64,000 bases of DNA from Clostridia bacterium (lineage in GTDB: Bacteria; Bacillota; Clostridia; UMGS1883; UMGS1540), in assembly GCA_017450025.1 (NCBI GenBank), contig JAFSYJ010000038.1:24403-88402 (forward strand), written 5' to 3'. The position numbers and the translations under genes are program-made. This document shows, in pieces, positions 47,594-57,481 of the stretch. Positions within the stretch are counted from its first letter, which is position 1. Every line of letters begins with the position of its first letter. The notes under the pieces are model-generated. The model made no database searches, was not told the DNA's origin, and saw only the letters and a program-made list of their open reading frames with translations.

Positions 47594-48782
47594 TGTTCTT
47601 CCTCTTTTCAAATTCAATTACTTCACGGCAGCGTATATGCCCGTCGTTTTGCTTTGCCGCGCGTACCGCAGTACCCGACTGCACAAGGCTGTTTACCCAG
47701 CTTAAGACTTCGGCAGGGGAGTCGGAATCAGAATACAAAAGAAGAACATCTGTGTCGTATTCTTCGTCGTTTTCCGCATACATGGAAACTGTGTCGAGAT
47801 TTATCGCAAAGCCGATAGCGCCCGTGTTATTACCGAGGCGGAGCATGAGATTATCGTACCTGCCGCCCGACAGAACACTTGACGCCGCGCCCTCAATATA
47901 GCCGCGGAATATGATGCCGTTATAGTAGCTCATATCGTTTACAACTGAAAAGTCGAGGTTTAAATTAAATTTATTGTCAAACGCCGAAAGTGCATTATAG
48001 ATGCTTTCAAGCTCCGATAATGAATCGGCGGTTTTATCGTTTACAACAAGCGCTTTTGCCTTTTTAAGTACAGTATCAAAGCTGCCGTAAAGAGTGCAAA
48101 GCGATTTGATTTTTTCGGTATATTCTGCGTCTGCACCTGACTTTTTGCAGATATGTTCGATTTCGTGAGACGACTTGCGGCTTACTGCCTCAAGTATGCG
48201 GCGGCGCTTTTCTTCATTTATGCCTGCGCCCTCCAAAAGCCCTGTGACAAAGCCCATATGCGATATATCAAGTGTATAGCTTTCGCTGATTTCCGAAAGG
48301 CTCATACAAGCGAGGAAAATAACCTCACACAAAACATACAAATCGACTTCGCCTATATATTCAAGCCCCATTTGCATTATTTCTTTAAGTTGGCGCGACG
48401 AATCGGAAATGCGGTAAACATTTTCGGTATAATAGAGCTTTTCACTACGCTTGCCGCCCGCAGATGTGTTCTTGGCTATTGAAAGCGTAACATCAGGCTT
48501 AAGCGCGAGCAGTTTACCGTCAGGGTCGTTAAATGTTATAATTGCACCGTCGGACAAAAAGCTCTTATTATCGAGGTACAGACTGTATTCCTCAAACTTG
48601 CTCATTTTATATTTTTTATAGCCCGTTTTTTCATAAAGAGAATAAAGAGCTGTCAAAAAGTCGCTGTTTTTATATTGAAACATAATATCCTCCGGTATGG
48701 CAAATGTGAATTGAACCCGAACCGCCTTTAAGCGGATATATCCGGATTCTTTTGCCTTGTCGTCCTTAATTTGCGACAGCAA
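47586..48782 (-). CDS. hisZ: ATP phosphoribosyltransferase regulatory subunit (HisRS paralogue)
   Basis: Histidyl-tRNA-synthetase-like core without an anticodon-binding domain; TTG start with a GGAGGA RBS. Confidence 0.85.
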   Translation of the reverse strand: MLSQIKDDKAKESGYIRLKAVRVQFTFAIPEDIMFQYKNSDFLTALYSLYEKTGYKKYKMSKFEEYSLYLDNKSFLSDGAIITFNDPDGKLLALKPDVTLSIAKNTSAGGKRSEKLYYTENVYRISDSSRQLKEIMQMGLEYIGEVDLYVLCEVIFLACMSLSEISESYTLDISHMGFVTGLLEGAGINEEKRRRILEAVSRKSSHEIEHICKKSGADAEYTEKIKSLCTLYGSFDTVLKKAKALVVNDKTADSLSELESIYNALSAFDNKFNLNLDFSVVNDMSYYNGIIFRGYIEGAASSVLSGGRYDNLMLRLGNNTGAIGFAINLDTVSMYAENDEEYDTDVLLLYSDSDSPAEVLSWVNSLVQSGTAVRAAKQNDGHIRCREVIEFEKRKNNG

Positions 48783-48874
48783 ATTTGCGTCCTCCGCACC
48801 AAAATTATCTCAAATCTTTCCGGCTTAAAGGTGCGTAGCAGTTTTAACAGTACGAATTTTTGTCAAGGCAAGGA

Positions 48875-48913
48875 AAATGCCGCAGTGAATACTTTCGTAT
48901 TTGCAAGGCATTT
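48875..48913 (-). promoter_or_regulatory. nested hairpin plus U-tract (candidate attenuator) in the his leader
   Basis: Minus strand AAAUGCC [..AAUAC gaaa GUAUU..] GGCAUUUUCC. Confidence 0.35.
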
Positions 48914-48986
48914 GACGAAGTATGGGCGGAAATTCGCCTGTTAAAACCGATTTGTGTTCAAGCCACATTTGCCATCGTTTGAACTA

Positions 48987-49015
48987 AGTATAGCACAGAG
49001 TTTTAGTTTAGTCAA
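48987..49015 (-). promoter_or_regulatory. his operon promoter
   Basis: Minus strand TTGACT - 17 nt - TATACT, giving a leader of about 200 nt. Confidence 0.5.
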
Positions 49016-49042
49016 GTAAAGTGAATAAATTTTTTAAGAAAA

Positions 49043-49756
49043 TCAATCTTCCAAAAGCTTTTTATCTTCTTCCGTAAGCTGGTATTTTTCAAACATATCG
49101 GGGCGTTTTGCTTTGGTGCGCAAAAGCGACTGCTTTCTGCGCCATTTTTTTATATTTGCGTCATGTCCTGAAAGAAGTATTTCGGGAACAGTTCGCCCGT
49201 GGAACTCGGGAGGGCGGGTGTACTGCGGATATTCCAAAAGCCCGTCCGAGTGGGATTCTGTCAGCGAATTACCGTTTTGTACAACGCCGCTTATCATACG
49301 CGCAACGGCGTCTGTTACTGCCATTGCGGCAATCTCGCCTCCTGTCAGAACATAGTCACCTATTGAAATTTCTTCGTCAACTATTTCTTCCAAAATACGC
49401 TCGTCAACACCCTCGTAGTGACCGCACAAAAGCACAATATGCTCCTTTTGGGCAAGGTCTGACGCCTTTTTTTGATTAAACACACTGCCCTGCGGCGACA
49501 TATAGATAACATACGGCTTTTCGCCGTTTTTACAAACGCTTTTATACGCGTCAAAAATAGGTTGAGGAGCCATAACCATACCGCCGCCTGCACCGTAGGG
49601 ATAATCGTCAACCTTGCCGTGCTTGTCAAGAGTATAGCTTCGGATATCCGTGAAGTTGATTTCAAGCAGCCCTTTTGCCCTCGCTCTGCCTATTATACTG
49701 TCACCGAACACGGCTTCAAACATATTTGGGAATAGAGTCAGTATATCAATTTTCAT
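49043..49756 (-). CDS. trmD: tRNA (guanine37-N1)-methyltransferase
   Basis: TrmD-like throughout. Confidence 0.9.
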   Translation of the reverse strand: MKIDILTLFPNMFEAVFGDSIIGRARAKGLLEINFTDIRSYTLDKHGKVDDYPYGAGGGMVMAPQPIFDAYKSVCKNGEKPYVIYMSPQGSVFNQKKASDLAQKEHIVLLCGHYEGVDERILEEIVDEEISIGDYVLTGGEIAAMAVTDAVARMISGVVQNGNSLTESHSDGLLEYPQYTRPPEFHGRTVPEILLSGHDANIKKWRRKQSLLRTKAKRPDMFEKYQLTEEDKKLLED

Positions 49757-50246
49757 CGTCAAGCAGTCCTTTTAAAGGAGTAATCAGGATTTGTTTATTT
49801 TCAACATCAATTTTTTGCACGACATCGTTGATAACGGGGATAAGGTATTCCTTGCCCTTTGCGGACTTTACGGTATATACATCGTTTGCGCCTGCCTGCA
49901 GGACATCTACGACCTTGCCGAGCTCTCTGCCGGTATCGGTCACGACCTTGCAGCCTATTATATCTACTATGAAGTAGCGGCCTTCGGGCGGCTTTGGTGC
50001 ATCTTTTCTGTCTATATATAGCTTTTTGCCTTTATAGCCTTCGGCTTCGGTAATTGATGGAATTTCGGCAAACTTCATAATAAGCGCGCCTTTATGTGTA
50101 CGGAAGCTCTGAAGTGTGAGCGTTTGTCCGTCATCTGTTTTAAAGCGTTTTATACCGTCAAAAAAACCTGCGTTATCTGCATAGGGGAGAGCCTTGACCT
50201 CACCGCGGATACCGTGAGTGTTTACAATTTCAGCACATAAAAGCAT
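49746..50246 (-). CDS. rimM: 16S rRNA processing protein RimM
   Basis: RimM N-terminal domain plus PRC barrel. Confidence 0.9.
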   Translation of the reverse strand: MLLCAEIVNTHGIRGEVKALPYADNAGFFDGIKRFKTDDGQTLTLQSFRTHKGALIMKFAEIPSITEAEGYKGKKLYIDRKDAPKPPEGRYFIVDIIGCKVVTDTGRELGKVVDVLQAGANDVYTVKSAKGKEYLIPVINDVVQKIDVENKQILITPLKGLLDDEN

Positions 50247-50303
50247 ATATTATATCCTCCGTGAAAAAAGGCTGTCCGAAAATATCCGACAGCCGGTGAT
50301 AAA

Positions 50304-50537
50304 TTATACAATGTTTACTGTAACCTTTATATTTTCCTTGCTTGCGGCAGCCTTCACAACAGAGCGGATAGCCTTTGCTATTTTACCCTGCTTGCCGATG
50401 ACCTTTCCCATATCGCTTTCGTGAACATGAAGGTCGAGAACAAGACCGTATTCTGTTTCGGTCTCATCAACGGAAACGGCTTCGGGATGCTCAACCAAGG
50501 ACTGTGCAATATAGACTAATAATTCCTTCATAGTCAT
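50304..50537 (-). CDS. KH-domain RNA-binding protein (YlqC-like)
   Basis: GKVIGKQGKIAKAIR KH motif; conserved position between rpsP and rimM. Confidence 0.8.
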   Translation of the reverse strand: MTMKELLVYIAQSLVEHPEAVSVDETETEYGLVLDLHVHESDMGKVIGKQGKIAKAIRSVVKAAASKENIKVTVNIV

Positions 50538-50601
50538 ACAGCCTTTCTGCCCGTGGGAGTTTCTGTGAATCTGCCGACGGGCGACGGCAGATTCAGGGAA
50601 A

Positions 50602-50847
50602 TTACTGTGTTATTCCGCTTTTCTTTAAAAGGGATTTTACGCTGTCAGTAGGCTGTGCGCCTGTTGCAAGCCATTTTTCTACCTTTTCCTTATCGATTTT
50701 TATCTCTGCGGGTTCGGTCATAGGATTGTATGTGCCTACCTCTTCGATAAATCTGCCATCACGCGGATAACGCGAATCAGCTACAACAAGTCTGTAAAAA
50801 GGAGCTTTTTTTGCGCCCATTCTTCTGAGTCTGATTTTTACTGCCAT
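50602..50847 (-). CDS. rpsP: 30S ribosomal protein S16
   Basis: [20 protein letters not shown]-terminus. Confidence 0.95.
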   Translation of the reverse strand: MAVKIRLRRMGAKKAPFYRLVVADSRYPRDGRFIEEVGTYNPMTEPAEIKIDKEKVEKWLATGAQPTDSVKSLLKKSGITQ

Positions 50848-50905
50848 TTATTTCACCTCCAAAAAGTTTATTTTTATATTCAAATGCGTTTCAGCATTTT
50901 GAAAA

Positions 50906-52234
50906 CTACATCATAGGGAAACGGAACTTCTTTTTTCCGCCCTTGCCCATAAACTGCTTCATCATCTTACGCATATCGTCAAACTGCTTTAAAAGGCGGT
51001 TGACATCGCTTGTCTCCATTCCGCAGCCCTTTGCTATTCTCTGCTTACGGCTGGAGTTTATAATTGATGGGTTTTCACGCTCGGCGGGGGTCATAGATTT
51101 TATAATTGCCGCAGTTCTGTCTATCTGCCTGTCATCAAGGTCAACGCCTTTAAGAGCTTTTTGGTTTATGCCGGGAATCATATTTATAATACTTGACAGA
51201 GAGCCCATGTTCTTCATCTGCTCCATTTGCTCAAGAAAGTCGTTTAAATCAAAATTTTGCTTTCGGATTTTCTGTTCAAGCTCAGCAGCCTGCTTTTCGT
51301 CAAACGCCTCCTGTGCCTTATCAATAAGCGTTAAAACATCGCCCATACCGAGAATGCGCGACGCCATGCGGTCAGGGTAAAATGTTTCTATATCGCTGAG
51401 CTTTTCTCCGATGCAGCAAAACTTGATAGGCTTTCCTGTGACTGCCTTAACGGAAAGCGCAGCGCCGCCCCTTGTGTCGCCGTCAAGCTTTGAAAGAATA
51501 ACGCCTGTTATATTGAGAGCTTCATCAAAGCCTTTGGCTATATTTACGGAATCCTGTCCTGTCATCGCATCGACAACAAGCAAAACCTCATCGGGATTTG
51601 TGGCTTCTTTTATATTAACAAGCTCGGTCATAAGATCTTCATCTATCTGAAGTCTGCCTGCCGTATCTATTATAACTGTATCGTAAAGCGATGTGTCGCA
51701 AGTCTCAACTGCTCTTTTTGCAATTGCAACAGGGTCTTTGCAGCCGTCTTCTTTATAAACGGGAACGCCGACCTGACCACCGACAACCTCAAGCTGTTTT
51801 ACGGCAGCGGGGCGGTAGGTGTCGCAAGCGGCGAGAATAGGGCGTTTGCCCTGCTTTTTGAGAAGTCCTGCAAGCTTTGCCGCGGTCGTTGTCTTACCTG
51901 CGCCGTTAAGACCTGCCATTAAAATAACAGTCGGCAGCTTTGGCGAAACCGCGAGCTTTGCATCATTGCCGCCCATAAGCTCTGTAAGCTCATCACGCAC
52001 GATTTTGATGATCTGCTGCGCGGGGGTGAGACTTTCTAAAATTTCGGCCTTTAATGCCTTTTCCGATACGGAATTTATAAAACTTTTGGCAACTTTAAAA
52101 TTGACATCAGCCTCCAAAAGAGCTACGCGCACCTCGCGCATTGCGTCTTTTATATCCTTTTCGCTGACCTTGCCCTTTCCGCGGAGCTTTTTAAATGTCG
52201 CCTGAAGCTTATCGCTTAATCCTTCAAATGCCAT
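50906..52234 (-). CDS. ffh: signal recognition particle protein Ffh
   Basis: NG domain with GLNGAGKTT; Met-rich M domain. Confidence 0.95.
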   Translation of the reverse strand: MAFEGLSDKLQATFKKLRGKGKVSEKDIKDAMREVRVALLEADVNFKVAKSFINSVSEKALKAEILESLTPAQQIIKIVRDELTELMGGNDAKLAVSPKLPTVILMAGLNGAGKTTTAAKLAGLLKKQGKRPILAACDTYRPAAVKQLEVVGGQVGVPVYKEDGCKDPVAIAKRAVETCDTSLYDTVIIDTAGRLQIDEDLMTELVNIKEATNPDEVLLVVDAMTGQDSVNIAKGFDEALNITGVILSKLDGDTRGGAALSVKAVTGKPIKFCCIGEKLSDIETFYPDRMASRILGMGDVLTLIDKAQEAFDEKQAAELEQKIRKQNFDLNDFLEQMEQMKNMGSLSSIINMIPGINQKALKGVDLDDRQIDRTAAIIKSMTPAERENPSIINSSRKQRIAKGCGMETSDVNRLLKQFDDMRKMMKQFMGKGGKKKFRFPMM

Positions 52235-52244
52235 TTTTTACCTC

Positions 52245-52574
52245 TCAGCATAGATTTGAAATTATGTCAAGGGATTTTTCAATCTCCCCTCTTGAAGCGG
52301 GCAGGGAGGACAACAAATCCCGTATTTTATCTGCCTCTGTCGCTATTGTGCGGATTTTTTGACTGAGGCGGAGCATATCCTCATACTGCAAAAGCTTGGA
52401 TTCGCCCTTTTTTATGAAATCTCTTGCACATTGGCGCGTGACCGACAGGTTTTCTGAAATTTCCGCAAGGGAATAATCCATATTATGGTACATATCCAGC
52501 GCGGTATATTGCTTTTCTGTCAGAAGTGAACCGTAAAAATCAAGCAAAATGCTGATGTTAAGATCTTTTTCCAT
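52245..52574 (-). CDS. ylxM: YlxM/UPF0122 putative HTH protein upstream of ffh
   Basis: Conserved position; about 110 aa; start set at MEKDLNIS. Confidence 0.7.
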   Translation of the reverse strand: MEKDLNISILLDFYGSLLTEKQYTALDMYHNMDYSLAEISENLSVTRQCARDFIKKGESKLLQYEDMLRLSQKIRTIATEADKIRDLLSSLPASRGEIEKSLDIISNLC

Positions 52575-52622
52575 TTTATCAGCCCCTACTGCTGTAAAGC
52601 ATTTTTGTTTTACACCTTGCAT

Positions 52623-52651
52623 ATTGTACTATATAATTAACGCTTTGTCAA
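52623..52651 (-). promoter_or_regulatory. promoter of the ylxM-ffh-rpsP operon
   Basis: Minus strand TTGACA - 17 nt - TACAAT. Confidence 0.5.
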
Positions 52652-52699
52652 GCTTTTTTTGATTTTTTTTGGGTTTTTATTATATGCGGCAAAATGCCG

Positions 52700-52743
52700 A
52701 AAAAATAAAGGCGGAGCAAAACTCCGCCTAACTCCGCCTTTTT
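52700..52743. terminator. terminator after cysK, with bidirectional features
   Basis: GGCGGAGC aaaa CTCCGCC hairpin between an A-run and a T-run; a second CTCCGCC copy is followed by TTTTT. Confidence 0.6.
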
Positions 52744-52751
52744 GTATGTGT

Positions 52752-53681
52752 TTATTCAGAAAACATTGGGGTTGAGAGGTATCTCTCGCCTGTGTCGGGC
52801 AGAAGTGCAACAATGATTTTGCCCGTATTTTCGGGTCTTTTAGCGAGCTTAGTCGCCGCAAAAACAGACGCGCCCGACGAAATACCGACAAGAAGTCCCT
52901 CTGTTTTGGCAAGCGCTTTGCCTGTTGCAAAGGCTTCTTCGTTTTCGACTGTGATGACTTCATCATAAATCTTTGTGTCAAGTGTTTCCGGAACAAATCC
53001 TGCGCCGATGCCCTGGATCTTATGCGGTCCGGGAGTGCCCTTGGAAAGCACAGGCGAGCTTGCAGGCTCAACTGCGTATATTTTGATGTCAGGGTTTTTG
53101 GACTTTAGGTATTCGCCCACGCCTGATACCGTTCCGCCTGTGCCTACGCCTGCTACGAATATATCAACCTTTCCGTCGGTGTCGTTCCATATCTCGGGAC
53201 CTGTTGTGCTTTTATGTGCCGCAGGATTTACCATATTTGTAAACTGGCTCGGAATAAAGCTGTTTGGCGTGTTTTCGGCAAGCTCCTGCGCTTTTTCTAT
53301 CGCGCCCTTCATACCCTTTGAGCCGTCAGTCAGAACAAGCTCGGCACCGTATGCCTTTAAAAGATTTCTACGCTCAACGCTCATTGTTTCAGGCATTGTG
53401 AGGATAATACGATAGCCTCTTGCAGCCGCAACAGCCGCAAGTCCTATGCCCGTATTGCCGCTTGTCGGTTCAATTATAACGGCGTTGGGCTTTAATATGC
53501 CGCGAGCCTCGGCATCGTCAATCATCGCCTTGGCAATTCTGTCTTTTACGCTACCTGCGGGATTGAAATATTCCAGCTTGGCGAGAACTGTTGCCTCAAG
53601 AGCGTTTGACTTTTCGTAATTTTTAAGCTCCAAAAGGGGAGTGTTGCCTATTAAATCCGTGATTTTTTCATAAACCTTCAT
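52752..53681 (-). CDS. cysK: cysteine synthase A (O-acetylserine sulfhydrylase)
   Basis: PLP lysine motif region and GTGGT glycine loop. Confidence 0.9.
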   Translation of the reverse strand: MKVYEKITDLIGNTPLLELKNYEKSNALEATVLAKLEYFNPAGSVKDRIAKAMIDDAEARGILKPNAVIIEPTSGNTGIGLAAVAAARGYRIILTMPETMSVERRNLLKAYGAELVLTDGSKGMKGAIEKAQELAENTPNSFIPSQFTNMVNPAAHKSTTGPEIWNDTDGKVDIFVAGVGTGGTVSGVGEYLKSKNPDIKIYAVEPASSPVLSKGTPGPHKIQGIGAGFVPETLDTKIYDEVITVENEEAFATGKALAKTEGLLVGISSGASVFAATKLAKRPENTGKIIVALLPDTGERYLSTPMFSE

Positions 53682-53755
53682 AAAAATCTACTCCTTTTTA
53701 AAATTCAAGCAAAGCATTTTCATAACCTATAATACCTACTTGTTTTATAGTTATT

Positions 53756-53784
53756 ATAATAACACGCTTTTTTTTGTTTGTCAA
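53756..53784 (-). promoter_or_regulatory. promoter for cysK
   Basis: Minus strand TTGACA - 17 nt - TATTAT. Confidence 0.4.
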
Positions 53785-53802
53785 CATATTTTTGGAAATT
53801 TA

Positions 53803-53831
53803 TTGACTTTTTTTACAAAAAATAATAAAAT
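53803..53831 (+). promoter_or_regulatory. promoter for tcdA
   Basis: TTGACT - 17 nt - TAAAAT. Confidence 0.4.
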
Positions 53832-53898
53832 ACATAAATAACAACGCCTGAAAAACGGCAGAAAACCTTGAAATATAAGAAAAGCGGGAGATGGCAAG

Positions 53899-54606
53899 TT
53901 GGAAAATCAATTTTCGCGGACTGAGATCTTATTTGGAAAAGAAAATATGGAAAAAATAAAAAATGCGCGTGTTGCCGTTTTTGGAATAGGCGGCGTGGGT
54001 GGCTACACCGTTGAGGCTCTTGCCCGGTCGGGTATAGGTGCGCTGGATTTGATTGACAACGACAAGGTTTGCATCACAAATCTTAACAGGCAGATCATTG
54101 CCTTACATTCGACGGTAGGTCAGTACAAGGTCGATGCTGCGAAGGAGCGAATTTTGGATATAAATCCCGATTGCAAGGTGACGACATACAAGACTTTTTA
54201 CATGCCTGATACTGAAAGTGAGTTTGATTTTACGATATATGACTACATCATTGATGCGATTGATACCGTTACGGGAAAAATTGCGATTGCCGTGAACGCG
54301 CAGGAGGCGGGTGTGCCTGTTATAAGCTCAATGGGGGCGGGGAACAAAACAGATCCTGCCGCGTTTGAAGTTGCGGATATTTATAAAACATCAGTTTGTC
54401 CGTTAGCGAAAACTATGCGCCGTGAGCTAAAAAAGCGCGGTGTAAAAAAACTGAAGGTTGTGTATTCAAAGGAAGAGCCTATTCGCTGCGACTGCGCTGA
54501 GCCGGATTCACCGCGGAGGAGCGTTCCCGCGTCTTGCGCATTTGTTCCTGCGGTTGCTGGACTTATTATAGGCGGAGAGGTCATAAAGGACTTAATAAGT
54601 AAATAA
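53899..54606 (+). CDS. tcdA: tRNA threonylcarbamoyladenosine dehydratase (ThiF/MoeB-family, TcdA/CsdL-like)
   Basis: VAVFGIGGVGGYTVEALARSGIGALDLIDNDKVCITNLNRQ matches the TcdA Rossmann region; TTG start inferred from alignment. Confidence 0.75.
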   Translation: MENQFSRTEILFGKENMEKIKNARVAVFGIGGVGGYTVEALARSGIGALDLIDNDKVCITNLNRQIIALHSTVGQYKVDAAKERILDINPDCKVTTYKTFYMPDTESEFDFTIYDYIIDAIDTVTGKIAIAVNAQEAGVPVISSMGAGNKTDPAAFEVADIYKTSVCPLAKTMRRELKKRGVKKLKVVYSKEEPIRCDCAEPDSPRRSVPASCAFVPAVAGLIIGGEVIKDLISK

Positions 54607-54690
54607 AAAGCGCGCATATCAGGAATGTGCAAGGAGTATTTGTTTTCATTCCGTTATGCGCGTTTTTTATAATTATATAATTTTAAAGCT

Positions 54691-55278
54691 TTATTTTTCG
54701 ACATTTTTTCTTTCTGTAATTAAGTAATTACGGGCGGCAACAGTATCTGTATCAAGTATTCCGCCTTTATTTATTATATGTCTTACAGTTGCGTCTATTG
54801 CGCGGATAAGTGCTTCGTCAAGGCTTTCAAACGCCGTCACGCGCAGTTGCTCAACGCCCGCCTGTGTGCGGTTTGGCTCGATTGTATCGGCAAGATAAAT
54901 TATCTTTGTCAAAAGCGGCATATTTTCGTGACCGGTAGTATGATAATATATTGCGTCAAGAACTTCGGGGTCGGTCACGCCGTATTCTCTCTGCGCCATA
55001 AGAGAGCCGAGAGGAGCGTGGATCAAAGTCGGTTCAAAAAAGCAGACCTCTTTTAATCTATAATGGTTTTCTCTGCAATACTTAATTGAGTCCTCAAATG
55101 CCATATTTTTGGCGCAGTCATGCAAAAGCCCTGCAAGGCGCGCCTTTTCACAATCTGCGCCGTAATGCTTTGCAAGAAGCACTGCCGTATCACGCACGCC
55201 GAGGCTATGCTTAAAGCGCGACGGCTTGAGCGTGAAACTGAGCTTTTCTATCATTTCTTGTTCAGTCAAAATTATCAC
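54691..55278 (-). CDS. yqeK: HD-domain protein YqeK (bis(5'-nucleosyl)-tetraphosphatase)
   Basis: HD motif (HSLGV...LHDCAK); conserved partner of nadD. Confidence 0.8.
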   Translation of the reverse strand: MIILTEQEMIEKLSFTLKPSRFKHSLGVRDTAVLLAKHYGADCEKARLAGLLHDCAKNMAFEDSIKYCRENHYRLKEVCFFEPTLIHAPLGSLMAQREYGVTDPEVLDAIYYHTTGHENMPLLTKIIYLADTIEPNRTQAGVEQLRVTAFESLDEALIRAIDATVRHIINKGGILDTDTVAARNYLITERKNVEK

Positions 55279-55838
55279 CCTTTATATAAGTTGTTTTCCT
55301 TAATGTATGTTGTTACGCTTTCGGGCAAAAGGTCAGACGCGTCTTTGCCGTTTAAAAGCAGCTCTCTGATTTGTGTTGAAGATATTTTAATAGGCTCAAT
55401 GCCGATTTTGATACAATTGCCTGTAACCTTACAGCCAACTCTCGGAAAAACTGCAAACTTTACAAGAGTGCGGAGCTTTTCGGGACACTTCCAAGTCGGA
55501 AGCTCGCAGTATGCGTCATCACCGATTATAAAATAAAACTCCGAGTCAGGATATTTCTTTTTAAAGTGGGCTGCGGTTTGATACGAATAGCTTTTTCCCT
55601 GTTTTGAGATTTCATAATCGGAGACCTCAAACTTGCTGTTGTTCGCGGTTGCTGATTCGACCATTTTAAGCCTATGAAGCGCGCCTGTGCGGTAATCTCC
55701 GCTTTTATGCGGCGGCTCGCCTGCAACGACAAATATTACCTTATCCAAAGCCAAAACTTCGAGAGCCTTTTCCGCGATTGCAATATGAGCTTTATGAACG
55801 GGGTCAAATGTTCCGCCGAAAAGTCCTGTTTTTTTCAT
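55275..55838 (-). CDS. nadD: nicotinate-nucleotide adenylyltransferase
   Basis: GGTFDPVHKAH nucleotidyltransferase motif. Confidence 0.9.
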   Translation of the reverse strand: MKKTGLFGGTFDPVHKAHIAIAEKALEVLALDKVIFVVAGEPPHKSGDYRTGALHRLKMVESATANNSKFEVSDYEISKQGKSYSYQTAAHFKKKYPDSEFYFIIGDDAYCELPTWKCPEKLRTLVKFAVFPRVGCKVTGNCIKIGIEPIKISSTQIRELLLNGKDASDLLPESVTTYIKENNLYKG

Positions 55839-55850
55839 ATTATTACTCCG

Positions 55851-57122
55851 TTACAGCACAAAATCAAATTCTATATCGCCAAAGCGTACGGTGTCGCCCT
55901 CTTTGATTCCGCGCTGTTCTAAGTCTTCAATAATACCGCGTTTTTTGATACTGCGCTGAAAATATGCGAGCGAATCGTCATCTCCGAAATTGACAGACGC
56001 AATAAGCCTGTCCACAAAAGGACCGCTGACTTCATATACGCCGTTATTGTTTTTGATTTCATATGCGTTGCGGTCGATTTCTTCGTCTTCTTCGATAACC
56101 ATCTCGCTCTCATAAACAGGAGAGGGTGGAAGCGTATCAAGCTTCTGAACTATAAAGTCAAGCAGTTTGTCAACGCCCTTGCCTGTCACGGCGCTTATAT
56201 CAAAAAAGCTATAACCCGACTCCATTACGAAATCACGGAATTCTTTATACAATTCCGGGTCGGACACCAAATCGGCCTTATTGCCGACTATTATTTGTTC
56301 GCGCGTCAAAAGCAGGGGACTGTAATTTTCAAGCTCGCGGCAAATAACGGTGAAATCCTCGATAGGGTCTCTGCCCTCGATGCCTGAAATATCTACAATA
56401 TGCACCAAAAGGCGTGTGCGCTCGATATGGCGGAGAAAGTCAAGGCCGAGCCCTGCGCCCTCGGAAGCGCCTTCGATAAGGCCGGGGATATCAGCCATTA
56501 CAAATGATTTATCGCGCCACGAAATAACGCCGAGATTTGGCTGAAGCGTTGTGAAGTGGTAGTTTGCAATTTTAGGGCGCGCCTTGCTAACATTGGAGAG
56601 AAGCGTTGACTTGCCGACATTTGGAAAGCCGACAAGACCGACATCTGCAAGGAGCTTAAGCTCAAGAACGACCTCGCGTTCCTGACCGGGCTGGCCCGGC
56701 TTTGCAAATTTGGGAGCTTGTCTTGTGGGCGTTGCAAAACGCTGATTACCCCAGCCGCCGTTGCCTCCGCGCGCTACGGTAAAGGTTTTACCTTCGCCCG
56801 TCATATCCGCGATTATGCGGTTTGTCGCGGCATCGCGGACTATTGTGCCGTTGGGGACTTTTATTACAAGGTCGGGCGCACTTTTACCTTTGCAGTTAAG
56901 CGCTTTGCCTTCTTCTCCGTTTTGCGCCTTATATTTCTTTTTATACCTGAAATCCATAAGGGTAGTCATAGAGGAGTCGGCTTCAAAAACTATATTGCCG
57001 CCGTTGCCGCCGTCTCCGCCGTCAGGTCCGCCTGCAGGTACATACTTTTCACGGCGGAACGAAATATGACCGTTTCCGCCTTTACCTGCCGAAAGAAAAA
57101 TTTTAGCTGTATCTACAAACAT
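55851..57122 (-). CDS. obg: GTPase Obg
   Basis: Gly-rich Obg fold, G domain, C-terminal TGS-like domain. Confidence 0.95.
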   Translation of the reverse strand: MFVDTAKIFLSAGKGGNGHISFRREKYVPAGGPDGGDGGNGGNIVFEADSSMTTLMDFRYKKKYKAQNGEEGKALNCKGKSAPDLVIKVPNGTIVRDAATNRIIADMTGEGKTFTVARGGNGGWGNQRFATPTRQAPKFAKPGQPGQEREVVLELKLLADVGLVGFPNVGKSTLLSNVSKARPKIANYHFTTLQPNLGVISWRDKSFVMADIPGLIEGASEGAGLGLDFLRHIERTRLLVHIVDISGIEGRDPIEDFTVICRELENYSPLLLTREQIIVGNKADLVSDPELYKEFRDFVMESGYSFFDISAVTGKGVDKLLDFIVQKLDTLPPSPVYESEMVIEEDEEIDRNAYEIKNNNGVYEVSGPFVDRLIASVNFGDDDSLAYFQRSIKKRGIIEDLEQRGIKEGDTVRFGDIEFDFVL

Positions 57123-57163
57123 ATAATATCACCTAAAAGCAATTTTACATTCCAAAGAAAAAA

Positions 57164-57191
57164 CCCCAGCATAAAAACACTGAGGTTTTTT
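57164..57191. terminator. bidirectional terminator between rpmA and obg
   Basis: CCCCAG cataaaaaca CTGAGG (with one G-U pair) flanked by an A-run and a T-run. Confidence 0.55.
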
Positions 57192-57196
57192 ATTTG

Positions 57197-57478
57197 TTAT
57201 TGTGCTGCGTAAACGCTGACCTTCTTTTTGTCTCTGCCAAGTCTTTCAAACTTAACTTTGCCGTCAGCAAGTGCAAACAAGGTGTCGTCGCCGCCCTTGC
57301 CTACATTTACGCCGGGATGGATCTTTGTACCGCGCTGTCTTACCAAAATATTGCCTGCGAGTACATGCTGACCGTCAGCTCTCTTAACGCCAAGGCGTTT
57401 GCTTTCGCTGTCGCGGCCGTTCTTTGTGCTACCAACACCCTTTTTATGTGCAAATAACTGAAGATTCAATTTATACAT
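57197..57478 (-). CDS. rpmA: 50S ribosomal protein L27 with a cleavable N-terminal propeptide
   Basis: [10 protein letters not shown]|HKKGVGS: the Firmicutes-type N-terminal extension removed by Prp. Confidence 0.95.
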   Translation of the reverse strand: MYKLNLQLFAHKKGVGSTKNGRDSESKRLGVKRADGQHVLAGNILVRQRGTKIHPGVNVGKGGDDTLFALADGKVKFERLGRDKKKVSVYAAQ

Positions 57479-57481
57479 AAG

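Noticed and set aside
48783-49015. T-box riboswitch or His-codon leader peptide for the his operon
   Set aside because: The only GGUG-containing segment runs directly into the hisZ RBS with no terminator or antiterminator arrangement, and no short ORF with consecutive His codons was found.
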